Part shown: positions 36,643-47,919 of the stretch, piece after piece
How the letters are laid out: each line of letters starts with the position of its first letter
Position numbering within the stretch: position 1 is the stretch's first letter
Assembly (NCBI RefSeq): GCF_963921235.1
Contig: NC_086097.1
Coordinates: forward strand, 91,762,001-91,826,000
DNA from: Mobula hypostoma
Lineage: Eukaryota
Reading direction: 5' to 3'
Length of the DNA: 64,000 bases
Notes under the pieces: model-generated
Seen by the model: the letters and a program-made list of their open reading frames with translations, nothing else
What the model was told of the DNA's origin: nothing
The model's database searches: none
Program-made: the position numbers and the translations under genes

Positions 36643-39600
36643 CATCATCATCACCATCAGGTGCCATGCCCAGTTTGAGCTTTGACTGCCATGGCACACA
36701 CACTCCTGTTTCATATCAAGTGGATCAATTCATTGGTATTCATTTCCAATTCTCTGGCTGCTGCCTCCATCATCATTTGTCTTTGTCTTCCTCTTGCTTT
36801 CTTCCCTTCAATCTTTCCCATAATTACCGTGCATTCTAACTCCTCTTTCCTAATCACATGTCCAATGAATTTATGTTGCCTTTTCGTGATCTCATACATT
36901 ATTTCTCTTTTTGTGTTTGCTCTGTTCATGACATCCTCATTAGATATTCGTTTCGTCCACAATATTCTTTGCATCCTCCTCAAAAACCACATCTCTGCTG
37001 CTACATTCATTTCCTCATGTTACTAGATATTGTCCAACATTCTGAGCCATAATACATCTGGATAAACGTAACATTTCAGTACTCTGAGGCAGGTTGTCAT
37101 GCCTAGTTTAGTATTGGTCAGTATACTCTTCATTCTCGTAAAGGTGTCTTTTACCATCCCTATTCTTCTTTTGATGTCCATGTCGCACTTGCCATCTGAT
37201 GTCACCAAGCTTCCGAAGTAGCAAAAGTTCTGTACTTGTTTTTTGTCTTCCCCGTTTATTCTCAGCCTGCAGATAGGATTCTCCTCCTTTTTGGATATCA
37301 CCATACATTCTGTCTTTTTGCAATTGATAGATAGACCCATTTTTGCACTTTCTTCAACGACTATATCAATAAAGTTTTGTAGTTCTTCCTCCGTACTTGC
37401 AATTAATAGTGTCATCTACATACCTGAAATTATTGATGATTTCACTGCCAACTTTGATTCCCAAGATGTCTCTTATTTTTTTGTAATATTGTTTCACTGT
37501 ACACATTAAATAAATCAGGGGAGAAAACACACCCTTGTCTAACGCCTCTCTTGATTTTAGCAAACTGACTCACTTCTCCATCTATTCTTACAGCGGCAGT
37601 TTGTTCTCAGTACAGATTTCTGATTAGGCGGAGGTCTTTCGAATCTAGATCTAGAGTTTTCTGTAATATTTCAAACAACTTAATGTGCTTCACTTTAGCA
37701 AATGCTTTTGTGTAGTCAGTAAAACAAACAAATCTTTTTGCACTTGAATAGCTCGTTCTGATAGTATTCTTAACATCAATATTGTATTTCTTGTACCTTT
37801 GTCTTTCACAAAACCATTGTTCTTTACCTATTTCAGTTTGCACCTTACTTTTAACTCTTGTCATCAAAATTCTTAGAAGTATCTTGATGATATAACTCAT
37901 TAAACTTATGGTCCTATGTAAATCACATTCTATTGCTCCAGGTTTCTTAGGAAGAATGATAAATACTCATCTCTTCTGGTATTATTCCAGTCTCATAAAT
38001 GTCATTGATTAAATCAGTAAGTTTTTCAATTCCATAATCTTCAAGGGTGATAATTTGTTCTATTACTAATTCATCAGGACCTGCTGCCTTTCCGTTCTTC
38101 ATCTTATTTATTGCATTACGATCTTCAGATTTTAAAATACCTGGACCTTCAATGTTCTTCTTAATTTCTGGTTTTTCGCCTCGATCATCTTCAAACAATT
38201 CCTGAATATACTCAGTCCATCTGTTCATAATCTCATCTTTTTCCATGATAATGGTACCGTCCTTTGCTTTCAAACATCCACCTGAAGAACAGAGGAGCTT
38301 TTTACCAGTGATATTCTTGATTTGTTGATGTAACCTTTTTGGATCAGTAATAGGGATTCTTTCTATTTGCTCACATTCCTGGTTTAACCATTCTTCTTTG
38401 GCTTTTTGACATAAGCTTTTAACTTTTTTATCTGAGGACTTATATTCTATAGAATTTGCTTTCTTCTGTCTCCTTTCTTCCATTAGATTTTTGATTTCAT
38501 CTGTCATCCATTTATTCTTTGAGCTTTTTTCTTTTTTCTCCCCCACTGACTTTGCTGATTCTACCAAGGCATCTTTTAGAGAGTTAAACTTCATTTCTAC
38601 AGGATTGCTATCATCTTCAACAGATTCTATTTCTAGACTTTGAAATCTATTCCTTACTTCAATTGTAAATTTTTGTCTTAAGTTTTCTTCTTTAATTACA
38701 AGTAGTCAGGGGATTGTTCAGGTTTTTGCTTCTTTAGTTTTTTAAGTTTTACTTTTACATGACATATTACCGGGTTATGGTCACTATTACAGTCTGCGCC
38801 TGGATAAATTTTGCATTGAGTCACTTAGTAATAAAGTCAATTTGATTTCTAGTGTTATCACCTGGACTTTTCCAGGTCCACAAGCATCTTGGATGGTTTT
38901 TAAAGTGGGTATTCATAATGACCTGATTATTCATCTTGCACCATTCTACCCATTTCTCACCTCTTTCATTTCTTTCCCCTAGTCCAAATTTTCCTACGGT
39001 ATTTCCATCAGCACCTTGTCCTACTTTAGCATTTAGATCTCCCATGACAATAACAGTATCTTGAGATTTGCATTCATGCTTTGCTTGTTCAAGCTCTTCA
39101 TAGAATTTATCTATATCCTCATTTGTTCCATCTGTTGTTAGTGCATATACCTGTATACTTGCTAAATCAAATGGTTGTCCTCTGAATCTAACAAGGAGCA
39201 CTCTTTCTGATGTTGCCCAATGTCCTAAAACACTTTTTGCCATGTTTTCTTCCATAAGAATTCCTACTCCATTAGTAGGGGATGTTCCACAAGAATAAAT
39301 TAGTGTTTTATTTCTATTCTGACATGTTCCAGCACCTATCCAATGAACTTCCCTAATTCCCATGATGTTAATCTTTAGTCTTTCCATTTCATTTATCACA
39401 TTGTCCAATCTTCCTGCTTGATATAGGGTTCTTACATTCCAAGTGACAATAATTTTCTTTTGTGTTACTTGAATTTTATGAGCAGTAGCTTGATGACGGT
39501 CAGGGATCCCCTGCTGACCAGAATCAACCCTACCGAGTGAAGCATCTTCAGAATTGTCTTGAAGATCCTTTTGATGCTGTTGCTGTGTGATACATTTTGT

Positions 39601-39984
39601 GAGTTTGACCAAGGTTTTCTTAGCAAATAGGTTCCAGGAAACCTAGTATCTAGCAACAGTGGTTTGCTATTGCCTACCGTTGGGTGAACCAAAGAAATCA
39701 CCATTTCTCTTCCCAAATGTTCATCCGCCTGTACTATAGCCGTTGACATTTGAGGTTCTAGCTCATCCATCTTCTCCGTCATAAGTTGAGTTACTGAACC
39801 TGCTGGCTTTGCTGTTGGCCTTCACTCGTATCCTGAGCAGGAACCCTTGCAGGTGCTACCATTCCGGGTCAGAGCGGCCCTGGGAGCAATGGATGACTAA
39901 GGGGTAACTCCACTTTCCCCAAAGCTCTGAAAGTCCCCAATCAGAGCCTCATCACCCATTGCAGTTTAAAATCATACCCAGGAC
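36643..39984 (-). mobile_element. Near full-length RTE-clade LINE (APE + RT), frameshifted
   Basis: IVTWNVRTLYQAGRLDNV..EMERLKINIMGIREVHW; VIVMGDLNAKVG; WTWKSPGDNTRNQIDFI; KAAGPD; FTDYTKAF..VKH; INNFRYVDD; AAEMWFLRRMQRI; IEGKKARGRQR; (TGA)n tail at 36643-36660. Confidence 0.93.
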
Positions 39985-41069
39985 AAGAGTGGGAATAAAC
40001 GGGACCTTTTCAGAATGGCAGGCAGTGACTAGTGGGGTACCGCAAGGCTCAGTGCTGGGACCCCAGCTGTTTACAATATATATTAATGACTTGGATGAGG
40101 GAATTAAATGCAGCATCTCCAAGTTTGCGGATGACACGAAGCTGGGCGGCAGTGTTAGCTGTGAGGAGGATGCTAAGAGGATGCAGGGCGACTTGGATAG
40201 GTTGGGTGAGTGGGCAAATTCATGGCAGATGCAATTTAATGTGGATAAATGTGAAGTTATCCACTTTGGTGGCAAGAACAGGAAAACAGATTATTATCTG
40301 AATGGTGGCCGATTAGGAAAAGGGGAGGTGCAACGAGACCTGGGTGTCATTATACACCAGTCATTGAAAGTGGGCATGCAGGTACAGCAGGCGGTGAAAA
40401 AGGCGAATGGTATGCTGGCATTTATAGCGAGAGGATTCGAGTACAGGAGCAGGGAGGTACTACTGCAGTTGTACAAGGTCTTGGTGAGACCACACCTGGA
40501 GTATTGTGTGCAGTTTTGGTCCCCTAATCTGAGGAAAGACATCCTTGCCATAGAGGGAGTACAAAGAAGGTTCACCAGATTGATTCCTGGGATGGCAGGA
40601 CTTTCATATGAAGAAAGACTGGATGAACTGGGTTTGTACTCGTTGGAATTTAGAAGATTGAGGGGGGATCTGATTGAAACGTATAAAATCCTAAAGGGAT
40701 TGGACAGGCTAGATGCAGGAAGATTGTTCCCGATGTTGGGGAAGTCCAGAACGAGGGGTCACAGTTTGAGGATAAAGGGGAAGCCTTTTAGGACTGAGAT
40801 TAGGAAAAACTTCTTCACACAGAGAGTGGTGAATCTGTGGAATTCTCTGCCACAGGAAACAGTTGAGGCCAGTTCATTGGCTATATTTAAGAGGGAGTTA
40901 GATATGGACCTTGTGGCTACAGGGATCAGGGGGTATGGAGGGAAGGCTGGTGCAGGGTTCTGAGTTGGATGATCAGCCATGATCATAATAAATGGCGGTG
41001 CAGGCTCAAAGGGCCGAATGGCCTACTCCTGCACCTATTTTCTATGTTTTTTATGTTTCTATGTTTCTA
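39985..41069 (+). mobile_element. Young 5'-truncated CR1-like LINE, uninterrupted RT C-terminal ORF
   Basis: ORF 39959-40963 is open for 334 aa (VTSGVPQGSVLGP...KFADDTKLGG...LVRPHLEYCVQFWSP...FFTQRVVNLWNSLP); the first ~9 codons come from adjacent RTE sequence. Tail (TTTCTATG)n. Confidence 0.93.
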
Positions 41070-41124
41070 ATTTCATGACATATGGCAGTGATATTAAACC
41101 TGATTCTGATAGTATCTTGGGTAA

Positions 41125-41790
41125 ATTCTAAATGCCTGGGTATGAATATCTCTGAGGACTTGTCCTGGACCCATTATTGTGAGGAAAGCACGACAGCGCC
41201 TCTACTTCCTCAGGAGTCTGCAGAGGGTCAGCATGTCACCAAAAAACTTGGCAGACTTCTTTAGATGTGTACTGGAAAGTGTGCTGACTGGCTGCATTAC
41301 TTCCTGGTAAGAGAACATCAATGCCTTTGAATGGTAAAGCCTACAAAAGCTAGTGGATTCAGCCCAGAACATAATGGGTAAAATCCTCCCAAACATTGAG
41401 CACATCTGCATGAAACAATGCCGTAGAAAAGCAGATTCCTTCATCAAAGATCCTCACCACCCAAGCCATGCTCTTTTCTCACTGCTGCCATCAGGAAGAA
41501 GATGCAAGTGCCTCAGGACTCTCACCACCTGGTTCAAGAACTGTTACGACCTCTCAACCGTCAGGCTCTTGAACAAAAGGCAATAGTTACACTCATTTAA
41601 GGGCTCTGTCATATTGTTATTTCATGTTTGCTATTTATATCTGCATTTGCAGTTTGCTTACAGTTAACAGTTCCTGTTGTTTACAGTTACTGTTCTATAG
41701 ATTTGTTAAGTACGCCCACAGAAAAAGAATCTCAGGGTTATATGTGGTGACATGTATGTACTCTGATAATAAATTTTACTTTGAATGTTG
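41125..41790 (+). mobile_element. Rex1-like LINE 3' fragment
   Basis: ORF 41353-41586: KDPHHPSHALFSLLPSGRR.K.LRT.TT.FKN.Y..STVRLLN. Tail GTACTCTGATAATAAATTTTACTTTGAA. Confidence 0.85.
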
Positions 41791-43049
41791 ACAGTCCATA
41801 TATTTTCCTTTTTACAATTCACTTTAATCTCTGTTATTCTATACCTGGCACATTATAGTCTGTGCATCAGTTTGAATGATTCAGTGGAACACCAGTAGTT
41901 GCAGTATATAATTTTAAAAAGCATCCACTTTTTTCATCAGTTTTTAAAAGTCTGTTTGACAAACAATCCATATAAACAAGCATTTCAAACTCAGTTAAAT
42001 CCATGGTTTTCACCATCATGCTCTATACAACAAAATTGTAACTATTGTTCATCTCGTATATTACAGTTGTGAGAATTTGATTTGCCTGAAAGTGTCAGCT
42101 TCTGTTAATGGTGAGCACTCAATTTAAATTCCGGTTTAAATCTCCAAACATAGTCTTTAGAAAAAAAGATGAACTGGAGTGAAACTATAGCAACTATAAG
42201 CAGTCTAATAAGTTACTTTCAATGAGATGATACATGGATTCATCAAAATAATAACCTGTCTTTGATTTTACACTGCTTGGATCGAGTATCATCTTTGACG
42301 CAGAATCTGGATATTTGTTATTTATTAAACATCAATCCATATTACAATCTAACAGCAGATGAAAAATGCTCCATGAAAAGGTTGAAAATGTTTTTACTAT
42401 AAATGCAATATACAAATAAATTATTTTTAAATAAATTTGCACAAGTGTAACTTGCGGGTTATTTGACTAAGATGGATAATCTTACTTTCATTGAATAAAT
42501 TGCTTCACAACAACAAAAAAGCAAAATAAAAATCAGCAGTGCCTCATTGTTACCAGTATAAAGAATATGTATTTTATGTATTCACCCAGCAGTCAGTCAG
42601 AAGCTTGTGGATCCATAGAAACGAAGATTAAATCTAGGCAGTTTTCATTATCAGAAGCAACATTTATCAGGTGAAAAAGTTAACTCCTATGCCCCACTAA
42701 CCATTTAGTTTAGTATATCACTCTAAAATTAAAACAGAATTGTACAGGGCTCTGTTTCCCTACCCTTTATTCTTTTCTTATCCAACACAAAAACAATCAT
42801 GGACTTTAACATTGTACAATTTGGCTGTTGCTTTTCCTACACAAGATCAAACACTGATACAAGTTGAGATTGTGAAAACCACAATGTTTTGCTTACAATC
42901 AGACATAAGCTTCCAACAACTGATTACCTGGTATACCAGAGACAACTGACAATACCCTCATGATGCCCTTCAAATCAATTGTGCCTCCATTTTAGACTAA
43001 GTAAATGGAAAGCATTTAAGATTGCTCTTTAAGCTTCTTGCTGGAAGTA

Positions 43050-44019
43050 TACTCAGTGGTCACTTTATTTAGTACACCTGCACACCTGCTCGTTAATGCA
43101 AATATCTGAAGACACACACTCAACTTTCCCTCTGCCATCCGATTTCTGAATGGACATTCAGTTCCTGAATTCTACCTCACTACTTCTTTATTTTTATTTT
43201 TGAACTTACTTAATTTAACGATATATACATACATACACATGCAGTTCCAATAAAAAGTTTGTGAACCCTTTGTTTTTCTGCTTAATTACTCATAAAATAT
43301 GGTCTGCTCTTCACCTAAGTCACAATAATAGCCAAACACAATCTGCATAAACTAATAGCACAGAAACAATTGCACTTCTCATCAACACTGAGTACACCAT
43401 TTAAACGAACAGAGTTAAGGTTCAAAAAAGTATGTGAATCTCTGGGGTAATGTCTTCTACAAAAGGTATTTGTAATCAGGTGTTCCAATGAACGAAATGA
43501 GATTGGAGGTGTGGGTTATAGAGATTCACGACATATGCCGATGAGATTCAACCTGATTCTCACTCTGATTCCGATTTCTAAACAGCCAATCATGTGACAG
43601 CAACTCAATGCATAAAAACATGTAGAGGTCAAGAGGTTCAGTTGTTATACAGACCAAACCAGAATGGGGAAGAAATGTGATCTAAATTACTCTGACTATG
43701 GGGTGATTTGTAATATTTCAGAAACTGCTGATCTCCTGGGGTTTGCACACATAAGTCTCTTGAGTTTAGTGCAGAAAACGAGAAGCATCCAGAGAGTGGC
43801 AGTCTGTGGGTGAAAGTGCGTTGTTATTGAGATAAGTCAGAGGAGAATGGCCAGGCTGGTTCAAGCTGACAAGAAGGTGATGGTAACTAAAATAACCACA
43901 TGTTACAAACATGATGTGTGGAGGCACACAACAGGTTAAACCTCGAAGGGAGTGGGCTACAGTAGCAGAAGATGTTGCTTATCTAGTTGGTGTGCCTAAT
44001 ACAGTGGCCACTCTGAGTG
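43050..44019 (+). mobile_element. Tc1-derived non-autonomous element with nested Rex1 tail and a second Tc1 left end
   Basis: TA + (T)ACTCAGTGGTCACTTTATT...AATACAGTGGCCACTCTGAGTG + TA. N-terminal remnant MGKKCDL...SETADLLG. Nested Rex1 3' end (~43110-43225, 43523-43577) and a CAGTTCCAATAAAAAGTTTGTGAACCC Tc1 end at 43242-~43520. Confidence 0.8.
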
Positions 44020-44459
44020 TAATAACTCATGTTCTTACAATCAGCCAGTACACTGCAAAGTGTAGTCAAATGTTCTACAACCAAAATGTCAATTTTATCA
44101 GTAACCAAAGATTAGATTGCTTTATTTCATGTAATTCATTCCCTTTTGATATTGGAGATTAATGTTCATCCAAGATCTCACAAGATTACAACATAATTAC
44201 TGTACCGAAGAAGGAGGCCATTTGCACCACCTTCCAGGAACCAGAGAAATCTTAATACTCCATTTGGATCAAATTATTTCTTAAATGATTCCAAGTTTGT
44301 CTTTACAACACTCTCTGGAAATTTACACCATTTAACTGTGAAATTTACTGTACCAATTTACCGTGAGAATGAATTTCAAATATCAAGTTTGTTGCAGAAG
44401 AGGGTTACGACACCTATCCTTGAAGCCCAATTAATTTAACCTATCCACCATATTATCAC

Positions 44460-45580
44460 AATTCAAAATATATTTATTATCAAATTATGTACACAATATA
44501 CCACTTTGAGTTTCATCTCTTTACAGGCAGCCACAAAACAAAGAAACCCAATCGAACCCATTAAAAATAGACTGTCAAACACCCAAAGGACAGAAAAAAA
44601 CAAATTCTGCAAACAATAAAAGGTAAGAAAATTACATTCAGAACTGAAGTTCACAAAAGTGAGCTCAGAGCCATAAAACCAGTCACAACCAACACAGAAG
44701 CTCATTAGCTGCAGGCCACAGCCTCAAGCCTGATTTATACTTCTACATCAACGCGTCACTGTAAGTACTGCATCACTGCAAAGCCGATGCGGAACCCTAC
44801 GCAAGAGCCTGCGTTGCTGCGACGCGCACCTCTCCCAAAATGTAACCGTGCGTCGCGGCAACACAGAATGCAACAGCTGTGATTGGTCCGTTTGGTAGCA
44901 TCACATTTCATCCTACGCTGCAATAGCTTCTCATTGGGCGACTGAAGGGCAGGGAAGGAAATCTGGCTGCAATGCTTTCCATAAAGCTTTACAGACCTCC
45001 GAAATTATGGAGGACACATTTCGCTTTTATGAAAAAAGGTGCTCGCTTCTTGTTTACCCCAAGAAAGACTACCATGACTATGAAGCCTTGTGCGGGCAGG
45101 TGAGTGCGCATGCGTGACGTGTGCGAATTGCAGAGCGACGCAGACACACCAACGCACAAGTATAAATGCTCACAACGCGCGTAGGCCACTTGCGGTGTCC
45201 AGTTAACGCAGAAGTATAAATCAGGCTTCAGTTCAGTGCAGAGACCAGTAAACCTTGTGAACAGGGAGATGAACACCAGCCAGTCCCTCCCTCCCGCCCC
45301 GACATCCTGACCTTTTCGATCTGACCCAGTGCTTAAATCAGCCATTCCTCACTCTCAGACCCATACCCTACCACTTCAATAAGCTCTCAAGATCAGGATC
45401 TGCCACCTTGAATCAGCCAACACTCAACCTTTGCAATTCGGTCCGGCACGTAAATCGGTCAAATCTCGGCTTGCTCCTCACTCTCAGGCCTGAGCCGTCG
45501 CTTCAAATCACCTCCAAATCCACCTTAGCAGCCAAACAATTCAATTCAAACCAACATTCCAGGGCATTTTTCCCCTTCTT
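44460..45580 (-). mobile_element. Non-coding SINE-like element with Rex1-like tail (host of the MITE)
   Basis: Minus-strand 3' end ...CTCAAAGTGGTATATTGTGTACATAATTTGATAATAAATATATTTTGAA resembles the tails at 9270-9330 and 41725-41785. Confidence 0.55.
44727..45227. mobile_element. PIF/Harbinger-type MITE (501 bp)
   Basis: 18-bp perfect TIR AGCCTGATTTATACTTCT / AGAAGTATAAATCAGGCT. 3-bp TSD TCA at 44724-26 and 45228-30. CpG-rich. Confidence 0.85.
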
Positions 45581-46777
45581 CTTGAACTATGCATATACAC
45601 CTATGATTCTGTGGCTAAATATAGTTCCAAAGCTGTATTTAAGTTGGCTGATGACACCACTGATGATGCCACAAAATCTGCATTGGTTGCTTCCAGATAT
45701 TTGAATCTCACTCTCACCCATTTCCTCTTCCTTAACACCGCCCAGTTCCACTCTGCCTCAACATACATTTCTGAAACATTTACCCATGTCTTTGTTATCA
45801 CTAGAGTTATTGGATTTCGGGCCATTATCTTTCATTCTACAGTCACACAGCATGAAAGCAGACCTTCAGTCCAACTAGTCTATGCTGACTGTGTTGCCAA
45901 GTGAGTTAGTTCCATTTGCCCACATTAGATTATTAGCTCTCGAGGCCTGAATTGTGACAAGTTACAAGTTTACTCAGGTCACAAAACACGAGGCTCCTTG
46001 TGAGGGCACCATTAAAACCTCAAAGGATTTTTTTTTAACGCAGTTTCTAGAGATTTGCAACAACTACATGTTTAGTATGTGCAATCAAAATCAGAGAAAA
46101 CAGTTGGTTAAAAGTGGCAACGTTAGAAATGGGTTTAAACAAGCGACTTTCAGTCTTGTTTCAAGACCAGGCAGTGTGTACATGTTTGTGTACAGCAAAT
46201 GAGAAAACTTAGGCATACCTTTTTACACACTGAAGGAGGATGACAAAGAAGCACTATGGAGACAGTAATGAAAAAAAATTTAAGGTAGGTTCACTCAGGG
46301 CACAGTTCTGAAATACAGGCGGGAAGCAATCCCACAGAAATTGACACAGAGCATGATCATCACCTTCTTCATGGCAAAGTCATTTGGATTCAAAGCAAGC
46401 TTGGCAAGAAACCAATAGACTAAGCAATTGCCCAAAAGCCATAAGGTTGCAGATCATCTGATTAAAATTACGAGACCACTTGCATGAAATGTTGTAGAGT
46501 CATTAGAGCATTACAACGCTACAACCCAATAAGTCCATGCCAACAGTGGTACGCACAAGGCTGGTCTCAAATTCTTACATTCATACAACTCTAAGTCCCT
46601 TGGCCTTGGGAGTTACAGGAGTTCTTTGGCTTCATTCAGCCTGCTCTTTCAAGATGGCCCACTGTCACGGGGTGAGTATAAAGACGGTGATAAAAGTTAC
46701 CAACAAAGACAGTAGATGCAGTTTCCTAAGAAAGTTAAAAGGCAATAGGGAGCTCGATGATAAGCAGCTAGGTTTAA

Positions 46778-46960
46778 AACACAAGAGAATCTGCAGATGC
46801 TGGAATCCAGAGTAACACCCACAAAATGCTGGAAGAACTCAGCAGGTCAGGCAGCATCTATGGAAAGGGAATAAACAAATCCTGATAAAGGGTCTCAGCC
46901 CAAAACACAAACTGTTTATTACCCTCTGTTGATGCTGCCTGACCTGCTCAGATTGTTCAG
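46778..46960. mobile_element. Penelope pseudo-LTR fold-back fragment around a decayed hammerhead
   Basis: AGCAGGTCAGGCAGCATC..AATAAACA - AATC CTGATAA AGGGTCTCAGCCC AAAA - TGTTTATT..GATGCTGCCTGACCTGCT. Confidence 0.75.
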
Positions 46961-47439
46961 CTATAGTTAAGGTCTTCTTCAGAAGACAAACAGATGTTAG
47001 GCCAAAACCAGAGACTGAAAAGCTGACCAACTTAGACAGCCAAGGTCTACGGTGGGGAAAATATGTAACATTGAACAGAAAAGTGATAATGCCGAATGCA
47101 AGCTGTAATGCAAGATGCTAACATCACCAAAGAGTACATCTCTTGGGTCATAGAGAACATTAGCAGCATGTTTCAAAAGCAGGAGCTTACAATTGGAACA
47201 TGCTGCTAATATTCTTGGGTATCTGCCAGCAGGAGTTGTGCACATGTACTTAACTGCAGGGCAGCAAGAAAAAATTCTTGCAAACAGTATTAGTGAGATT
47301 CAGATGCAGGTATCATGCATTACAAGATGGAAAGGCATACCTGCAGGACAAAGTATCAAGCATGCCAGAAAATTGGCAAGTCGGCCCAGGGGGACAGTAG
47401 CCCAAGTTCAGAATGTATTTTGAATATTTGAGCAAAAAA

Positions 47440-47628
47440 CAAACAGTACTCAATTAGTCAGGCAGCATCTATGGAGGAAAAGGAATAATCAACATTTTGT
47501 GTCAACCATTCCAGTCCAGATATAGGGTCTTGACCTGAAACGTTGACCATCTCCACAGATAGTGCCTGATCCACTGAGTTCCAGCAGCAACTTGATTTTA
47601 CTCCAGATTCCAGCATCTGCAGTCCCTT
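47440..47628. mobile_element. Penelope pseudo-LTR fold-back fragment
   Basis: Minus-oriented CAGGCAGCATCTATGG... joined to plus-oriented CAGTCCAGATATAGGGTCTTGACCTGAAACGTTGAC...CCAGCATCTGCAG. Confidence 0.65.
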
Positions 47629-47919
47629 GGATGTTGATTACCACTTTCGGATACTGGGATCGGTCACAATTCTTGACAGCAAGCAGTTTGAGGGTGAGTC
47701 TGCAATCTGTTTGGATAGCCTCAGCTAACCAGGCAACAGCTGTGCCTCGGCAAGGATCTACAGATAAATTTTAAGACAGAAAGTTCTGCACAGGGTACTG
47801 TGTCAAGGTCACTGTAACTAAGCTCTGGGGAATGAGACTGTAAAAGTCTTGGACAAGAGTCTGAGCTCCACTGGATTTCTGTTGTTTACTGAGTAACTAG
47901 AAGGGCTGAATCCAGCTCA

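Larger units (their letters stand above)
33940..41112 (+). mobile_element. Rex1-like LINE (EN, RT, C-terminus) whose 3' UTR is split by later insertions
   Basis: ILGDFNQASL; DWTVFRD..NLDEYAAVVSNFI; MLFINYSSAFNTI; KFADD; HPGHAIFSLLPS..RYRSL. Body 33940-36221; UTR pieces 36589-36642 and 41070-41112 (..GTGATATTAAACCTGATTCTGAT). Confidence 0.85.

Noticed and set aside
39959..40963. 334-aa ORF as a functional gene
   Set aside because: The start codon comes from adjacent antisense RTE sequence; the rest is truncated CR1 RT.
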